A stretch of DNA of 64,000 bases. Source: Candidatus Tayloriibacteriota bacterium (lineage in GTDB: Bacteria > Patescibacteriota > Minisyncoccia > Phycocordibacterales > PALSA-1337). The position numbers and the translations under genes were made by a program. Numbering within the stretch: position 1 is the stretch's first letter; the number at the start of each line of letters is the position of its first letter. The notes beneath the pieces are model-generated. The model was not told the origin of the DNA and made no database searches. It saw nothing but the letters and a program-made list of their open reading frames with translations. The stretch lies in contig JBPOID010000005.1 of the NCBI GenBank assembly GCA_052034805.1, forward strand, positions 119,985 to 183,984. Direction: 5' to 3'. Positions 1 to 10,495 of the stretch are shown here, in pieces.

Positions 1-168
1 GTTTTCATAGGCACGCATCACCACACCAGAAGCCCAGTCCTTCCATTCTGGATTGGACCTTATGGGACCTCTCACATAAGCCGTCTCAATGATATAGTCC
101 GACCCGAACATAACCGAAGTCATGAACAAGGTCAGAACAAAGGCAAAACTAACAATGTTCTTTTTCAT
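1..168 (-). CDS. Partial secreted hypothetical protein (runs off the window start; not in ORF track)
   Basis: Manual translation from ATG at 168: MKKNIVSFAFVLTLFMTSVMFGSDYIIETAYVRGPIRSNPEWKDWASGVVMRAYEN, open to position 1, signal-peptide-like N-terminus. Confidence 0.6.
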   Translation of the reverse strand, partial: MKKNIVSFAFVLTLFMTSVMFGSDYIIETAYVRGPIRSNPEWKDWASGVVMRAYEN

Positions 169-327
169 TTAAACCTGCAACTTTCTACGCTTTCGCGTTT
201 CTCTTTTTGTTTATCTAATCGAATCTGCCAAAACCCTATCATCAAATAATATGATTGTCAAATAAAGAATTGTACAAAGATCAAATAGATTATTAGTAAT
301 AATAGGTTATAATTATGTTTATATTTT

Positions 328-1017
328 ATGGATAATCTTTATAAAATTCTAATAGGTGTTATACCTGCTCTTTTATGGTTATGGTTTTGGTTAAAAGAAG
401 ACAATCTACATCCTGAACCGAGAAAAATGTTAGCATTGTCCTTTATCGCTGGTGGTATATGTGTAGCTGTAGCAATAATATTAGAAGGATTGATCAAAGA
501 ATTATTTGTAATAAATGATACTTATCTCTATATATCATGGGCATTCATAGAAGAAATCGTAAAATTCATAGCCTTAGTAATAGTTGTTATGCCAAGCAAA
601 TATATGGATGAACCTATAGATGCAATGATATATATAATAACTGTAGCTATAGGATTTTCTGCAATAGAGAATGTTCTATACGTAATATACAGAACAAATG
701 TTGGAGAATTATCAGGAGCAATTATAAATAGTAATCTGAGATTTCTAGGGGCTACATTATTGCATATAGTATCTTCATCTTCTATAGGTTTTATGTTGGG
801 TATAACTTTCTATAAGAATGCTTTTATGAAAGTATTCGGAGTAATAATAGGAGTTATCCTAGCTACAACATTGCACTCAGCTTTTAATTTAGCTATAATA
901 GGAAGTAAAACAGAAGAAAGTACACTCAAGATTTTCGGATGGGTGTGGCTCGCAGCAGTGATTATTATGATACTATTTGAAGAAATAAAGTCCGTTAAAC
1001 CGAAAACTATATTATAA
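328..1017 (+). CDS. prsW: PrsW-family intramembrane metalloprotease
   Basis: Multi-TM; EEIVK, GFSAIEN, LH and HSAFN motifs. Confidence 0.85.
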   Translation: MDNLYKILIGVIPALLWLWFWLKEDNLHPEPRKMLALSFIAGGICVAVAIILEGLIKELFVINDTYLYISWAFIEEIVKFIALVIVVMPSKYMDEPIDAMIYIITVAIGFSAIENVLYVIYRTNVGELSGAIINSNLRFLGATLLHIVSSSSIGFMLGITFYKNAFMKVFGVIIGVILATTLHSAFNLAIIGSKTEESTLKIFGWVWLAAVIIMILFEEIKSVKPKTIL

Positions 1018-1051
1018 ATAGTACATTCTAATAAAAATCTAAATAAAAAAT

Positions 1052-1531
1052 ATGGCAAAAGAAAAAAAATCATTTTTTGAAAGACTTACAGGTTCAGTCC
1101 GTGTAAATGATGAAGATGATATTGTCGTAGAAGAAAAAGATAATAGAAAGAGCAATACTATATCTAATTCATCAAATAATTGGGTAGAAGAGGATGAAAA
1201 AGAAGGTGAATTAACAGTAGATGTATATCAAACAGCAGATATGATAGTGATAAAGACTATGATAGCAGGAGTTAGACCTGAGGATTTGGATATATCTATA
1301 ACTAGAGATATGGTAACCATAAAAGGCCGTAGAGAAGAAGAGAAGGTTGTTAGAGATGAAGATTATTTTGCAAGAGAATTATATTGGGGTACATTTTCTC
1401 GTACCGTTTCCCTACCAGCAGAAATAGATGTGGATGAAGCAGAAGCAGTAGAAAAGCATGGATTGCTTATATTGAAACTTCCTAAATTAGATAAAAAGAG
1501 ACAGTCAAAATTAAAAGTAAAAACTATTTAA
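1052..1531 (+). CDS. Hsp20/alpha-crystallin small heat-shock protein
   Basis: VDVYQT, GV.PEDLDI, FSRTVSLP, A...GLL.L.LPK. Confidence 0.9.
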   Translation: MAKEKKSFFERLTGSVRVNDEDDIVVEEKDNRKSNTISNSSNNWVEEDEKEGELTVDVYQTADMIVIKTMIAGVRPEDLDISITRDMVTIKGRREEEKVVRDEDYFARELYWGTFSRTVSLPAEIDVDEAEAVEKHGLLILKLPKLDKKRQSKLKVKTI

Positions 1532-1533
1532 TA

Positions 1534-1567
1534 AAATAAAAACCTGATTCAAATCAGGTTTTTATTT
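1534..1567. terminator. Bidirectional intrinsic terminator
   Basis: AAATAAAAACCTGATT-ca-AATCAGGTTTTTATTT between convergent hsp20 and tRNA-Phe. Confidence 0.75.
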
Positions 1568-1604
1568 ATGATTATTTATTTCTTATAAACTAACTTTATC
1601 TCTG

Positions 1605-1677
1605 TGCCAAGGCCCAGGATCGAACTGGGGACCCTTCCCTCTTCAGGGGAATGCTCTACCAACTGAGCTACCTTGGC
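1605..1677 (-). tRNA. tRNA-Phe(GAA)
   Basis: Cloverleaf GCCAAGG...CCTTGGCA; anticodon arm TTCCC-CTGAAGA-GGGAA; CCA not encoded. Confidence 0.95.
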
Positions 1678-1721
1678 AAATTTTGGGGGAAATTTAACAA
1701 ATTATTTTTCGAAAGTATTTA

Positions 1722-1988
1722 TTATTTCAATAGACTATCCAAATTCTGTTTTAAACTACTTACTGTATTCATATTATTACTTACATCACCACTAAGACTT
1801 GTTAGCATATTTATATAAGGCTGTATTAGATAATATGCTCCAAATGACATGAATATAATAAGCGCCCAATAGAATATCTTCATAGCCGTACCGATACGAG
1901 CACTTCTCTGCATAGAATGCAGTATTTGATTGTTCTCTTTAACAAGAACATGTATATTTTCAAGAAGCGATTTTTCTTCTGGGCTCAT
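1722..1988 (-). CDS. Small single-TM hypothetical protein
   Basis: 88 aa, one hydrophobic helix; TGTTATACT -10 box 7 nt before ATG. Confidence 0.75.
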   Translation of the reverse strand: MSPEEKSLLENIHVLVKENNQILHSMQRSARIGTAMKIFYWALIIFMSFGAYYLIQPYINMLTSLSGDVSNNMNTVSSLKQNLDSLLK

Positions 1989-2067
1989 GGAAAATAGTAT
2001 AACAGATATATGATAAAAGAAAAGGGTGTGTCATAGACACAATATTTTAGAAAGAAAATATAACTTG

Positions 2068-2139
2068 TGCCCCCACCAGGAATTGAACCTAGATCTACTC
2101 CTTAGGACGGAGACGTTCTATCCGTTGAACTATGGAGGC
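2068..2139 (-). tRNA. tRNA-Arg(CCT)
   Basis: GCCTCCATAGTTCAACGGATAGAAC...loop GTCCTAA...GGTTCAATTCC; one T.T mismatch at top of anticodon stem. Confidence 0.85.
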
Positions 2140-2174
2140 TGTGCTAACAATCTAGCACAATATACTGATTTAGT

Positions 2175-2408
2175 TTACTCTTTTATAGCCTTTACGAATT
2201 CTTCCTCATCGAATCCTATTATTATCTTGCCACCCACATCTATTACAGGCACACCCATTTGGCTACTTTTATCTATCATTTCCTTTCTCTTTTCTAGATC
2301 TGTAGCTACATTATAATCAGTGAATTTTATATTATGAGCAGTCATATACTCTTTTGCCATATGGCAAAAATGACATGTTGGGGTTGAATATATCTTTATA
2401 TCTTTCAT
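2175..2408 (-). CDS. Glutaredoxin-like (NrdH/YruB-type) protein
   Basis: YSTPTCHFC, MGVPVIDV, IIGFD. Confidence 0.9.
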   Translation of the reverse strand: MKDIKIYSTPTCHFCHMAKEYMTAHNIKFTDYNVATDLEKRKEMIDKSSQMGVPVIDVGGKIIIGFDEEEFVKAIKE

Positions 2409-2458
2409 ATATTTTATTATTTAATGGTAATTATTACAGTATAGCAGATTTTATATAA

Positions 2459-3778
2459 TTATTTGCAACTATATGATGTCTGGGGTTTATTAAGAGTAAG
2501 TACTTCTCCAGTAGAATCTACACAATAATATTTGCCATCATTGAGTATAGAAGAGACTGAGTAAGCATCTGATTTTGCAAAACATGTTATGTTCCCACCA
2601 TTATTTTTTATAGCATTAAATACTCCCTTTACATTAGCATTATCAGTCTTACATAATCCGCTATAACTACTATTATTTTTATCATAATACATCTCAGCAG
2701 CAAGTCTTATATTAGATACATAAGATTTCATTTGTGAAGCTTTTCCTTTTATTTTAGATTCATTTATAGATTTATCTATAATCTCTTTCAGAGATATACT
2801 TCCTTCTGGAATCTGTATATCTACTGGTTTATTGAAATTAGAATAAGAAATATTCATATTTATATTAGCTTGATATTTATTATCTTTATCAGGTAATAAA
2901 TCAATATTTATCTGTACATTTTTTATTAGATTATCAAACATTCCAATATCCACAAGAACAGGGTTTATATTCACAGATCCAAACATTTGACCGAGAGTAG
3001 TTTTGTAATAACTTTCAGTCTTAGGGTCAAAATCTTTATTATTCTTCTTCAATATATCCATATACATATCTACTAATGCATCTTTATCCAATACCATACT
3101 GTATCTCTTTACATAACCACCATTACTAGAAGAAAGACCTTTTAATTTAAAATCTTTGAATAATTTATATTTATTGAATAATGAATTAATATATTCTTCT
3201 GATAAATATTCTTTATTTTTATCAACTATATTTGTTGTTGATGCATTAGTATAGCTTTTAGATACATCTTCTACTTCTTTTTTGGATATGTTATACCATT
3301 TACCTATCATTTCTCTTGTAGTAGTAGATAATGAAGAATAAATACTAGGTATAGTATTTATTCTTCCATAAAGAACATCTTTTATTAATCTAACTTCAGC
3401 ACTAGCATTCATATTCATTCCATCAAAAGATATAATTGATGATAATTTTGGTGATTCTTTATCTGTCTTATCAACATCTCCAGAAATATTCAATTCTGCT
3501 GTTTGAGTTTTCTTTGATGGATCAGTGTAACTTGCCTTTATGGATAATTCTGTATGTATAGTCTTCTGTTCATATATAGCCTTAATAGAATCCATTACAA
3601 TATCTTGTACCGGACTGAAGACTCTCGCATAACCCGCGAAACTAGTAAGACCCCCCACGACAACGAGTACAATAGCGAGTATAACTATTAATTTTACATG
3701 ATGATTCTTTGGCATAGGCGCCCCACCTACAGGAGTTACAGGCATTGTAGGCATTTGATTATTCAAAATTTGATCCAT
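2459..3778 (-). CDS. Membrane-anchored protein with C-terminal pilin-head-like domain
   Basis: N-terminal TM; C-terminus KGK...SNIRLAAEMYYD..SYSGLC...YCVDSTG resembles the pilin at 41219. Confidence 0.7.
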   Translation of the reverse strand: MDQILNNQMPTMPVTPVGGAPMPKNHHVKLIVILAIVLVVVGGLTSFAGYARVFSPVQDIVMDSIKAIYEQKTIHTELSIKASYTDPSKKTQTAELNISGDVDKTDKESPKLSSIISFDGMNMNASAEVRLIKDVLYGRINTIPSIYSSLSTTTREMIGKWYNISKKEVEDVSKSYTNASTTNIVDKNKEYLSEEYINSLFNKYKLFKDFKLKGLSSSNGGYVKRYSMVLDKDALVDMYMDILKKNNKDFDPKTESYYKTTLGQMFGSVNINPVLVDIGMFDNLIKNVQINIDLLPDKDNKYQANINMNISYSNFNKPVDIQIPEGSISLKEIIDKSINESKIKGKASQMKSYVSNIRLAAEMYYDKNNSSYSGLCKTDNANVKGVFNAIKNNGGNITCFAKSDAYSVSSILNDGKYYCVDSTGEVLTLNKPQTSYSCK

Positions 3779-3840
3779 AAAGATAAAAATAAATTATAAT
3801 GTTCAAATTATAACACACAATCTATAATGAAATATGAACA

Positions 3841-4242
3841 CTATAACCCCAACCAATAGAAAAATTTATGGAAAAATCCTACCGTTGCTGTTTTATCATT
3901 ATTTTCTATATCTGTATTTTCTGTATTCAAAGTAGAAGTAGATTCATCACCAACTATAATAGCCAATGATTCGCCTTCTCTGGCTACACGGAATTTGCTT
4001 CTGATTTCAGCTTCTACACCCTTTTCTGTTTTTAGATATTCTACTGACTGCTCTAGATTCTTCTTTCTATCTATAAGTCTTGATAATTCTTTTCTTTGTC
4101 TTTCTAAATTTTCATTACTTAATGCTTCTTTCTTATAAGCGCCCAATAACGCCTTCAATAATAAAAGAAATATAATACCTAGTATAATAAGACTGGCTGT
4201 AGAATGAAGTATTTTCTTATATCTTTTATCTTTATTAAACAT
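3841..4242 (-). CDS. FtsB/DivIC septum formation initiator family protein
   Basis: TM + coiled coil + VEAEIRSKFRVAREGE. Confidence 0.75.
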   Translation of the reverse strand: MFNKDKRYKKILHSTASLIILGIIFLLLLKALLGAYKKEALSNENLERQRKELSRLIDRKKNLEQSVEYLKTEKGVEAEIRSKFRVAREGESLAIIVGDESTSTLNTENTDIENNDKTATVGFFHKFFYWLGL

Positions 4243-4291
4243 TGATTAAATATTGAAGTTTATTATACATATAGTATACTATGATTCATCT

Positions 4292-4399
4292 ATGTTATTC
4301 CAACAGAAAACCCAAAAGGCAATGCGAGTAATAATGATTGTTGTAGGCGCATTAATCATTATAAGTATGGTGGCTCTATATTTACCTAAGAACTACTAA
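4292..4399 (+). CDS. 35-aa single-TM microprotein (not in ORF track)
   Basis: MLFQQKTQKAMRVIMIVVGALIIISMVALYLPKNY; fills the gap; TATACT upstream; stop overlaps the lepA stop. Confidence 0.6.
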   Translation: MLFQQKTQKAMRVIMIVVGALIIISMVALYLPKNY

Positions 4400-6177
4400 T
4401 CAGCCCTCATCATCTTTATAAATACTTCCTGAGGAATATTCACCTTACCTATTTCTTTCATTTTCTTTTTACCTTCTTTTTGCTTTTCCCAAAGCTTCAT
4501 CTTTCTTGTTCTATCTCCACCGTACATATGTTGAGTAACATCCTTTTTCATACCAGTTAAAGTCTCTGAGGAGATAATCCTACCTTGAGCTTTGGCTTGG
4601 ATTTTCATTGTGAACATTTGTCTTGGTAAAATCTTGTGTAATTTCTCTACTGATGATTTTGCTTCTTCTTCTAATCTATTTCTAGATACAACTCTACAAA
4701 AAGCCACAACGGGTTCATCAGCAACCAATATATCCATACGTGCAACATTTGCTTCTCTGAATTCACCTAATTTATATGAAATAGATGCGAAACCTGATGA
4801 AATACTTTTTATTTCATCAAAGAAATTCCTCATAAGTTCACGAAGTGGCATAGTCAAGGTAAGAGAACTTCTATGTTCTCCGAAATTTTCGGTCATAGAA
4901 ACTTCCCCTTCATGTTCGAATATTGATTGCATAATAACTCCTATGTATTGTGGTGGGGTTATTATTTTCATATTTACTAGAGGTTCCATGACCTTCTTTA
5001 TTTCATGATCTTCTGGGAAAAGTGCTGGAGAATAAACTATAACTTTTTTGCCATTTTTCAATTCTACATGATAGGTAATACTTGGAATTGTTACTACTAG
5101 ATTCAAATTGAATTCTCTTCTTAATCTTTCTGTTATTATTTCCAAATGTAACATACCTAGAAATCCGCAACGGAATCCTCTTCCCAATGTCCCAGAACTT
5201 TCTTCTTCATAAGTAAAAGATGAATCAGAAAGTCTCAATTTACCTAAAGATTGACGTAACATAGCGAAATCATCTTGGCTTTCTGGATATACTGATGCCC
5301 AGACCACAGGACTAGGACTCATATAACCAACAAGTGGTTCCAAGGTATCTTTTACCGAAGAAACAGTATCTCCTACAGAAGCTATACCTGGTTGCTTTAT
5401 TCCTGTTACTATATAACCTATTTCTCCTGTAGATAAAGTCTCTCTAGGTGTATTATCTGGAGCGAAAATTCCCACTTCTAATGCTTGGAATTTCTCATTT
5501 GAAACTTTGAAAAGTAATTGATCATGGCGCTTTACACTACCATTCATAACTCTTACATAGACTATAACTCCGGTATGATTCGAATATTGAAAATCAAAAA
5601 CAAGTGAACGGAATTCATTTGTATTATCTGGAGATTTTGGACTAGGTATTTTCTTTATAACTTCATCTAATAGTTCTGCAACGCCTTCTCCTGTTTTACC
5701 AGAAACCTTCATAACATCCTTTTCATCACAAGAAAGTAATTCACAAACTTCTTGTACAACTTCGGGTACGCGAGCGAGAGGGGAATCCGTTTTTGAAACT
5801 ACAGGAATAATAGCAAGCCCTGTTTCGCGGGCCATATTAAGTGTTGTAAGAGTCTGAGCTTGTACACCTTGTGTAGCATCTACTAGAAGTATTGAACCTT
5901 CAACAGCTTTCAATGCACGAGATACTTCGTATGAAAAGTCTATATGTCCAGGAGTATCTATAAGATTCAAAGTATGTTCCTTCCATTGCATTCTAACTGG
6001 TTGCATCTTTATTGTTATTCCCCTTTCACGTTCAAGTTCCATACTATCGAGAACTTGCTCCTGCATTTTTCTCTTTTCTATAGTATTGGTAAGCTCAAGC
6101 ATACGATCGGCAAGGGTAGATTTGCCGTGGTCTATATGAGCTATTATTGAGAAATTACGTATCTTTGATTTATCCAT
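4396..6177 (-). CDS. lepA: Elongation factor 4
   Basis: IRNFSIIAHIDHGKSTLADR, DTPGH, GFRCGFLGMLH, YGGD.TRK.KL. Confidence 0.98.
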   Translation of the reverse strand: MDKSKIRNFSIIAHIDHGKSTLADRMLELTNTIEKRKMQEQVLDSMELERERGITIKMQPVRMQWKEHTLNLIDTPGHIDFSYEVSRALKAVEGSILLVDATQGVQAQTLTTLNMARETGLAIIPVVSKTDSPLARVPEVVQEVCELLSCDEKDVMKVSGKTGEGVAELLDEVIKKIPSPKSPDNTNEFRSLVFDFQYSNHTGVIVYVRVMNGSVKRHDQLLFKVSNEKFQALEVGIFAPDNTPRETLSTGEIGYIVTGIKQPGIASVGDTVSSVKDTLEPLVGYMSPSPVVWASVYPESQDDFAMLRQSLGKLRLSDSSFTYEEESSGTLGRGFRCGFLGMLHLEIITERLRREFNLNLVVTIPSITYHVELKNGKKVIVYSPALFPEDHEIKKVMEPLVNMKIITPPQYIGVIMQSIFEHEGEVSMTENFGEHRSSLTLTMPLRELMRNFFDEIKSISSGFASISYKLGEFREANVARMDILVADEPVVAFCRVVSRNRLEEEAKSSVEKLHKILPRQMFTMKIQAKAQGRIISSETLTGMKKDVTQHMYGGDRTRKMKLWEKQKEGKKKMKEIGKVNIPQEVFIKMMRAD

Positions 6178-6211
6178 AGGGTATGGCTATACTAACAGAA
6201 ATACACTCACT

Positions 6212-7891
6212 CTACAAACCTTCTTGATCAGGAACAACAACTTTTGCTTTCCAGAATTTGTGATGTAGAGTCTCATAAACTTCTACTAATTCTCTACTCT
6301 TCAATAATCTAAGCACTATTACCCATGAGAATATACCGACTATGCCTGCGCAAAATCCTTGCATAAAGACACCCCAAGCCTTGTCTAAAGTAAAGAATGT
6401 ATTAAAGAATCTAAGAGACAAAAATGTAACATATCCCATAATCACAGATGAAGCAAAACTCTGGAAAAGAGTAGCTATAACAGGTTTTGTAAAACCTTTA
6501 TAATCCCTTTCGAATATATGCCAATGCAAATAAGTATTTATAAATACACCTATAGAATAAGCCATAGGCAATACCAAAACACTTGTACCTATCTGATCTC
6601 CAACTTTGAATAAATCTTCCAAGAAAAATCTGAATTCTGGATAAAAATAGAAAGCTTTAGTGAAAATATACCCCAATACTACTATCAAAAATGAAGATAT
6701 AATATTTATGAGTAATGGCTTTGTTGTCTTGCCTTCAGCATAATACGCTCTAACAAAAAGTAATATGAGACTCTGTCCTACAACAGATATGATAAAGAGA
6801 GCCAAAGCCGCAGCGGTAAGTCTAGTATCAGCCCAATCGAATTGACCGGCTCCATATATAGTACGTACAATCTGTGCTCTAAGAACAACAAAGAGTATAG
6901 TGATAGGTATGGACCAGAATATAATATGTCTTGCAGATTCTATCATCTTTGATATAAAACCATCTCTTTTACCTTCTACGAAAAATCTAGATAATGTTGG
7001 AAAAATAGCAGAAGAATAACTAACACCAATAATAGATAATGGAACTGATTGAAGATTATAAGCTAGATTAAATATGGATATAGATCCACCAGTCATAAGA
7101 GAAGCTAGAGCAATAAGAAAGAATGTTGATATTTGATTAGAAGATAAAGTTAATGTTCTAGGAAGAGAAAGTAGTACTACCCTTTTTATATATTTCCAAT
7201 TTATCTTTATAGAAAATCTAGGAAATACATCTTTGTGTAATATAAAAGGTATTTGTATTGCCATATGCAAGAAAGCGCCTATAACAACTCCATATATAAG
7301 ACCATAAATACCGAATACAGGATATAGAAATACAATACCTATTATTATACCTATATTATATATAATAGGACTTAAAGCATAAACAAGAAATCTCTTGTAC
7401 ATCTGTGTAATACTAGAAAAGAAATTAGATAAACCCAAAAATATTGGAGAGAGTAGAAGTATACGAGTAGATAATACAAGTTCATTGAACATATTATCAT
7501 TCGCAAAACCCGGTATTAGGATTTTCACTAAAGCCGGAGCAAAAATGAAAACAATAATACTTGCTAATATAATTGCAATAAAGAAAACAGAAAAAATACT
7601 ATCAATAAAACTCCTACCTTTATCATTATCTTTATCTATTCTTTCAATAAAGAAAGGTATAAGTACCGAAGCAGAAACCAAAGATGCAATGGATACGAAT
7701 ATGAGATCTGGTATACGGAAAGCTGCATAATAAATATCCAGTATATGACTTGCGCCGAATCTATATGCTAGAAGTTTATCTCTAACAAGAGCTAACAATT
7801 GAGATAAGAATGCAAAGGTCGCTAGAAGGTATGCAGCTTCATGGAGACCTATTATCTCCCTTGTAAAGATAGAGAGTAACCTTTTTACCAT
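6212..7891 (-). CDS. murJ: Lipid II flippase MurJ/MviN
   Basis: Many TM helices; LVRD, D.YYAAFRIPD, FPTLS, RAYYA. Confidence 0.9.
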   Translation of the reverse strand: MVKRLLSIFTREIIGLHEAAYLLATFAFLSQLLALVRDKLLAYRFGASHILDIYYAAFRIPDLIFVSIASLVSASVLIPFFIERIDKDNDKGRSFIDSIFSVFFIAIILASIIVFIFAPALVKILIPGFANDNMFNELVLSTRILLLSPIFLGLSNFFSSITQMYKRFLVYALSPIIYNIGIIIGIVFLYPVFGIYGLIYGVVIGAFLHMAIQIPFILHKDVFPRFSIKINWKYIKRVVLLSLPRTLTLSSNQISTFFLIALASLMTGGSISIFNLAYNLQSVPLSIIGVSYSSAIFPTLSRFFVEGKRDGFISKMIESARHIIFWSIPITILFVVLRAQIVRTIYGAGQFDWADTRLTAAALALFIISVVGQSLILLFVRAYYAEGKTTKPLLINIISSFLIVVLGYIFTKAFYFYPEFRFFLEDLFKVGDQIGTSVLVLPMAYSIGVFINTYLHWHIFERDYKGFTKPVIATLFQSFASSVIMGYVTFLSLRFFNTFFTLDKAWGVFMQGFCAGIVGIFSWVIVLRLLKSRELVEVYETLHHKFWKAKVVVPDQEGL

Positions 7892-7902
7892 ATTATCTAT
7901 TT

Positions 7903-10389
7903 TTATTGACCAGATTTAGTGGTTGTTTTTGTCTTTGATGAAGACTTTTCTGTTACTGGTAATGTCTTTCTCTTTTCTGGCTTATTATCTATCGGTGGTT
8001 CTACATTTGCAAATGGAGATTTGCCAGCCTTTAGATTATTTAATATAAATGCTACTTCTTTGCTATCTGGATTTGTCTTTGAAAGTTCTTCGAATTGAAC
8101 TATAGCATCACTGTTTCTATCTACTTTAGAATAAGATAATCCTAGGAAATAACGAGCATTAGCGTATTGACTATCTATAGTGATAGCTCTTTCTAATGCA
8201 GTTATAGCATTTGTATAATCCTTGTCATTGTAATACAAGAGACCTAATTGCATGAATAGAGTTTGATCATTTGGATTTATTTGTGTAGCGACTTTAGAAG
8301 AAACTATAGCGTCTTTTAATTGACCATTGCTTACTTGAACTTGTGATAATAGGAATATTGCTTCTGTATAATTCTGTTTTAATTGTAATGCACCTCCGAT
8401 AGCCTGCTCCGCACCTATAAAATCATTATTTGATGCTAATAGTCTAGCTAAGCTTAGATAAAGTGAAGGATTGTATTTATTATTAGTTATAGCTCTTAGA
8501 TATGAACTCTTTGCATTATCATATGAATTAGGGAATTTTAGAACTGAGCCGACTTCGGATACTCTAGCTTCTTCTAGATTATTATAATAATTAAGAGGAT
8601 CTATGGCTTGAGCTTTCTTTGTATAGTCTAGAGCTTCTTTTACTAGACTGGCTATTTGATCTATTGATTCTTTACTAGGTGATGTGGTGTTACCACTTGA
8701 TTGCAAAGTCTTTACCAAATTATTTAACTTTAGGATATTTGTTTCTGATAAAGCCTGATAATATAGATCTGATTCATCATAAGATACTGCTTTCTTGAAT
8801 TTATTTAGAGCATTATCTAGATTGCCAGTAACATTCAGTTCTTTTATTCCACTTTGGAAATAATTTATTGCAATAATTTTCTTTATATATAATCCAAGCC
8901 ATAATACTAATATTACAATCAATATTATATATAGATAAGATGAGAATTTCTTTAGTTTAGAATATATTCCGTTCATCATCTGAGATTTTGATTCTTTATT
9001 ATTATATATAGCACTAGACATAAACAATCCTGTAAATACAAAAGTTAGGAATATTACAGAATGAGAAGGCGTATATATAATATTCATAATCCAAAGAAAT
9101 ACAGCGATGAAAAATGCTGGAATTGAAAAGAATTTGTCTTTTATATCTTCTGATTTTCTCATCAATGACTTCACACCTTCACGAATAAAGAATATAAAGA
9201 ATAATAACCAGAATATAAAACCTATTATTCCTTGATTTACTATGAATGTTGAAATATTACTGAATCCAGATAGGAATTCTGTATTCCATATTTGTGTAGG
9301 ATTTATATCTTGATAAGGCTTATATTTCAAATATTGATATCCGAAACGATTCGGTCCAGAACCGAATAATGGTGATTCCTTTGCTGTTTCAGAAGCTATA
9401 TCTACTGTTTGTCTCCAAGGCAATATTAATTCCAATTGTTCTACATGGAATGACTTTGATAGATTGGAAGTAATAGAATTATTATTCCATACTCCGAATA
9501 TTCCTATAATCAAGACTAATACAGAAAGAATAGAGAATCTTGAGAAAAATTTGCTTATACCAGTTTTGTCTGTAGTTTTTGTAAAGAATTCATATATTAT
9601 TAACGCCAATACTGTAACAATTATAGCTGACCAAATTAAATTATAATTTATAACAAGTAATAATAAACCTGATATAACTAGAATTATATACAATATTGTT
9701 TTAGATAATTTCTGTAGAGTTAAAAACTTTATACCGAAAAGAGATATTAAACCTAATACTCCAGTCAAAATACCAAAATCATACCATTTGCCAGCAAAAG
9801 TAGATGTTGAATAAGATAATATACCGAATTTCATAATATCTGCTCCACCTAATAATCTGATTATATGTAATAAGGCTAGAAGTACTATAGATGAGAATAC
9901 AGCCATGTATATACTGAATATTGTATCTTTATCTTCTCTTGCGAAATTCTTTGCAAGAAAGAAAGCAGTGAACATAAGAAAAATAAAGCTCAATGTACTG
10001 ATTTCGAAACCTTGTCCAATAAATGATTTTAGGAAATTCGTACTAGTGAATGTAGATATGGTTATGGATATGCCAAGTAATATAATGGAATAAATCAATG
10101 GATTCTTGCGCAATTCATAATCTTTATTATATATAGTAGAAAGCACACATAATATAGAAGATATCAGTATACCCGTACTCAAAACAATTATTTTTGTTAT
10201 TTCTAGAGAGAAATAGGGAGAAGGTATGAACATTATCGGAGCCAAGAATATCGTGGCTAAGAAAATATAAAGTGAAAACTTCTTTAATTTATTACCCAAT
10301 CCTGATGAAGGCTGATCTTTTTTTACTTCTTTATTAACTTTCTCATTATTCATTTGTTGAGAATCGTAATGTGTTGTTGGTAAATCCAT
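7903..10389 (-). CDS. O-antigen-ligase-like membrane protein with C-terminal TPR repeats
   Basis: About 12 TM helices, W....PLFGSGPNRF loop, multiple TPRs. Confidence 0.75.
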   Translation of the reverse strand: MDLPTTHYDSQQMNNEKVNKEVKKDQPSSGLGNKLKKFSLYIFLATIFLAPIMFIPSPYFSLEITKIIVLSTGILISSILCVLSTIYNKDYELRKNPLIYSIILLGISITISTFTSTNFLKSFIGQGFEISTLSFIFLMFTAFFLAKNFAREDKDTIFSIYMAVFSSIVLLALLHIIRLLGGADIMKFGILSYSTSTFAGKWYDFGILTGVLGLISLFGIKFLTLQKLSKTILYIILVISGLLLLVINYNLIWSAIIVTVLALIIYEFFTKTTDKTGISKFFSRFSILSVLVLIIGIFGVWNNNSITSNLSKSFHVEQLELILPWRQTVDIASETAKESPLFGSGPNRFGYQYLKYKPYQDINPTQIWNTEFLSGFSNISTFIVNQGIIGFIFWLLFFIFFIREGVKSLMRKSEDIKDKFFSIPAFFIAVFLWIMNIIYTPSHSVIFLTFVFTGLFMSSAIYNNKESKSQMMNGIYSKLKKFSSYLYIILIVILVLWLGLYIKKIIAINYFQSGIKELNVTGNLDNALNKFKKAVSYDESDLYYQALSETNILKLNNLVKTLQSSGNTTSPSKESIDQIASLVKEALDYTKKAQAIDPLNYYNNLEEARVSEVGSVLKFPNSYDNAKSSYLRAITNNKYNPSLYLSLARLLASNNDFIGAEQAIGGALQLKQNYTEAIFLLSQVQVSNGQLKDAIVSSKVATQINPNDQTLFMQLGLLYYNDKDYTNAITALERAITIDSQYANARYFLGLSYSKVDRNSDAIVQFEELSKTNPDSKEVAFILNNLKAGKSPFANVEPPIDNKPEKRKTLPVTEKSSSKTKTTTKSGQ

Positions 10390-10456
10390 ATTATATATAA
10401 TTAATGCTAAATATTAGCTTCTATTATATCATGAATGCTTTTCTAAATAAAAAAGC

Positions 10457-10493
10457 AATCAAAAAACCTCCTTTTAGGGGAGGTTCTCTGATT
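10457..10493 (-). terminator. Terminator of rnpB
   Basis: AACCTCC/GGAGGTT hairpin followed by a T-run on the minus strand. Confidence 0.6.
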
Positions 10494-10495
10494 TG

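Noticed and set aside
2026-2316. 96-aa plus-strand ORF
   Set aside because: Antisense shadow of tRNA-Arg and the glutaredoxin gene
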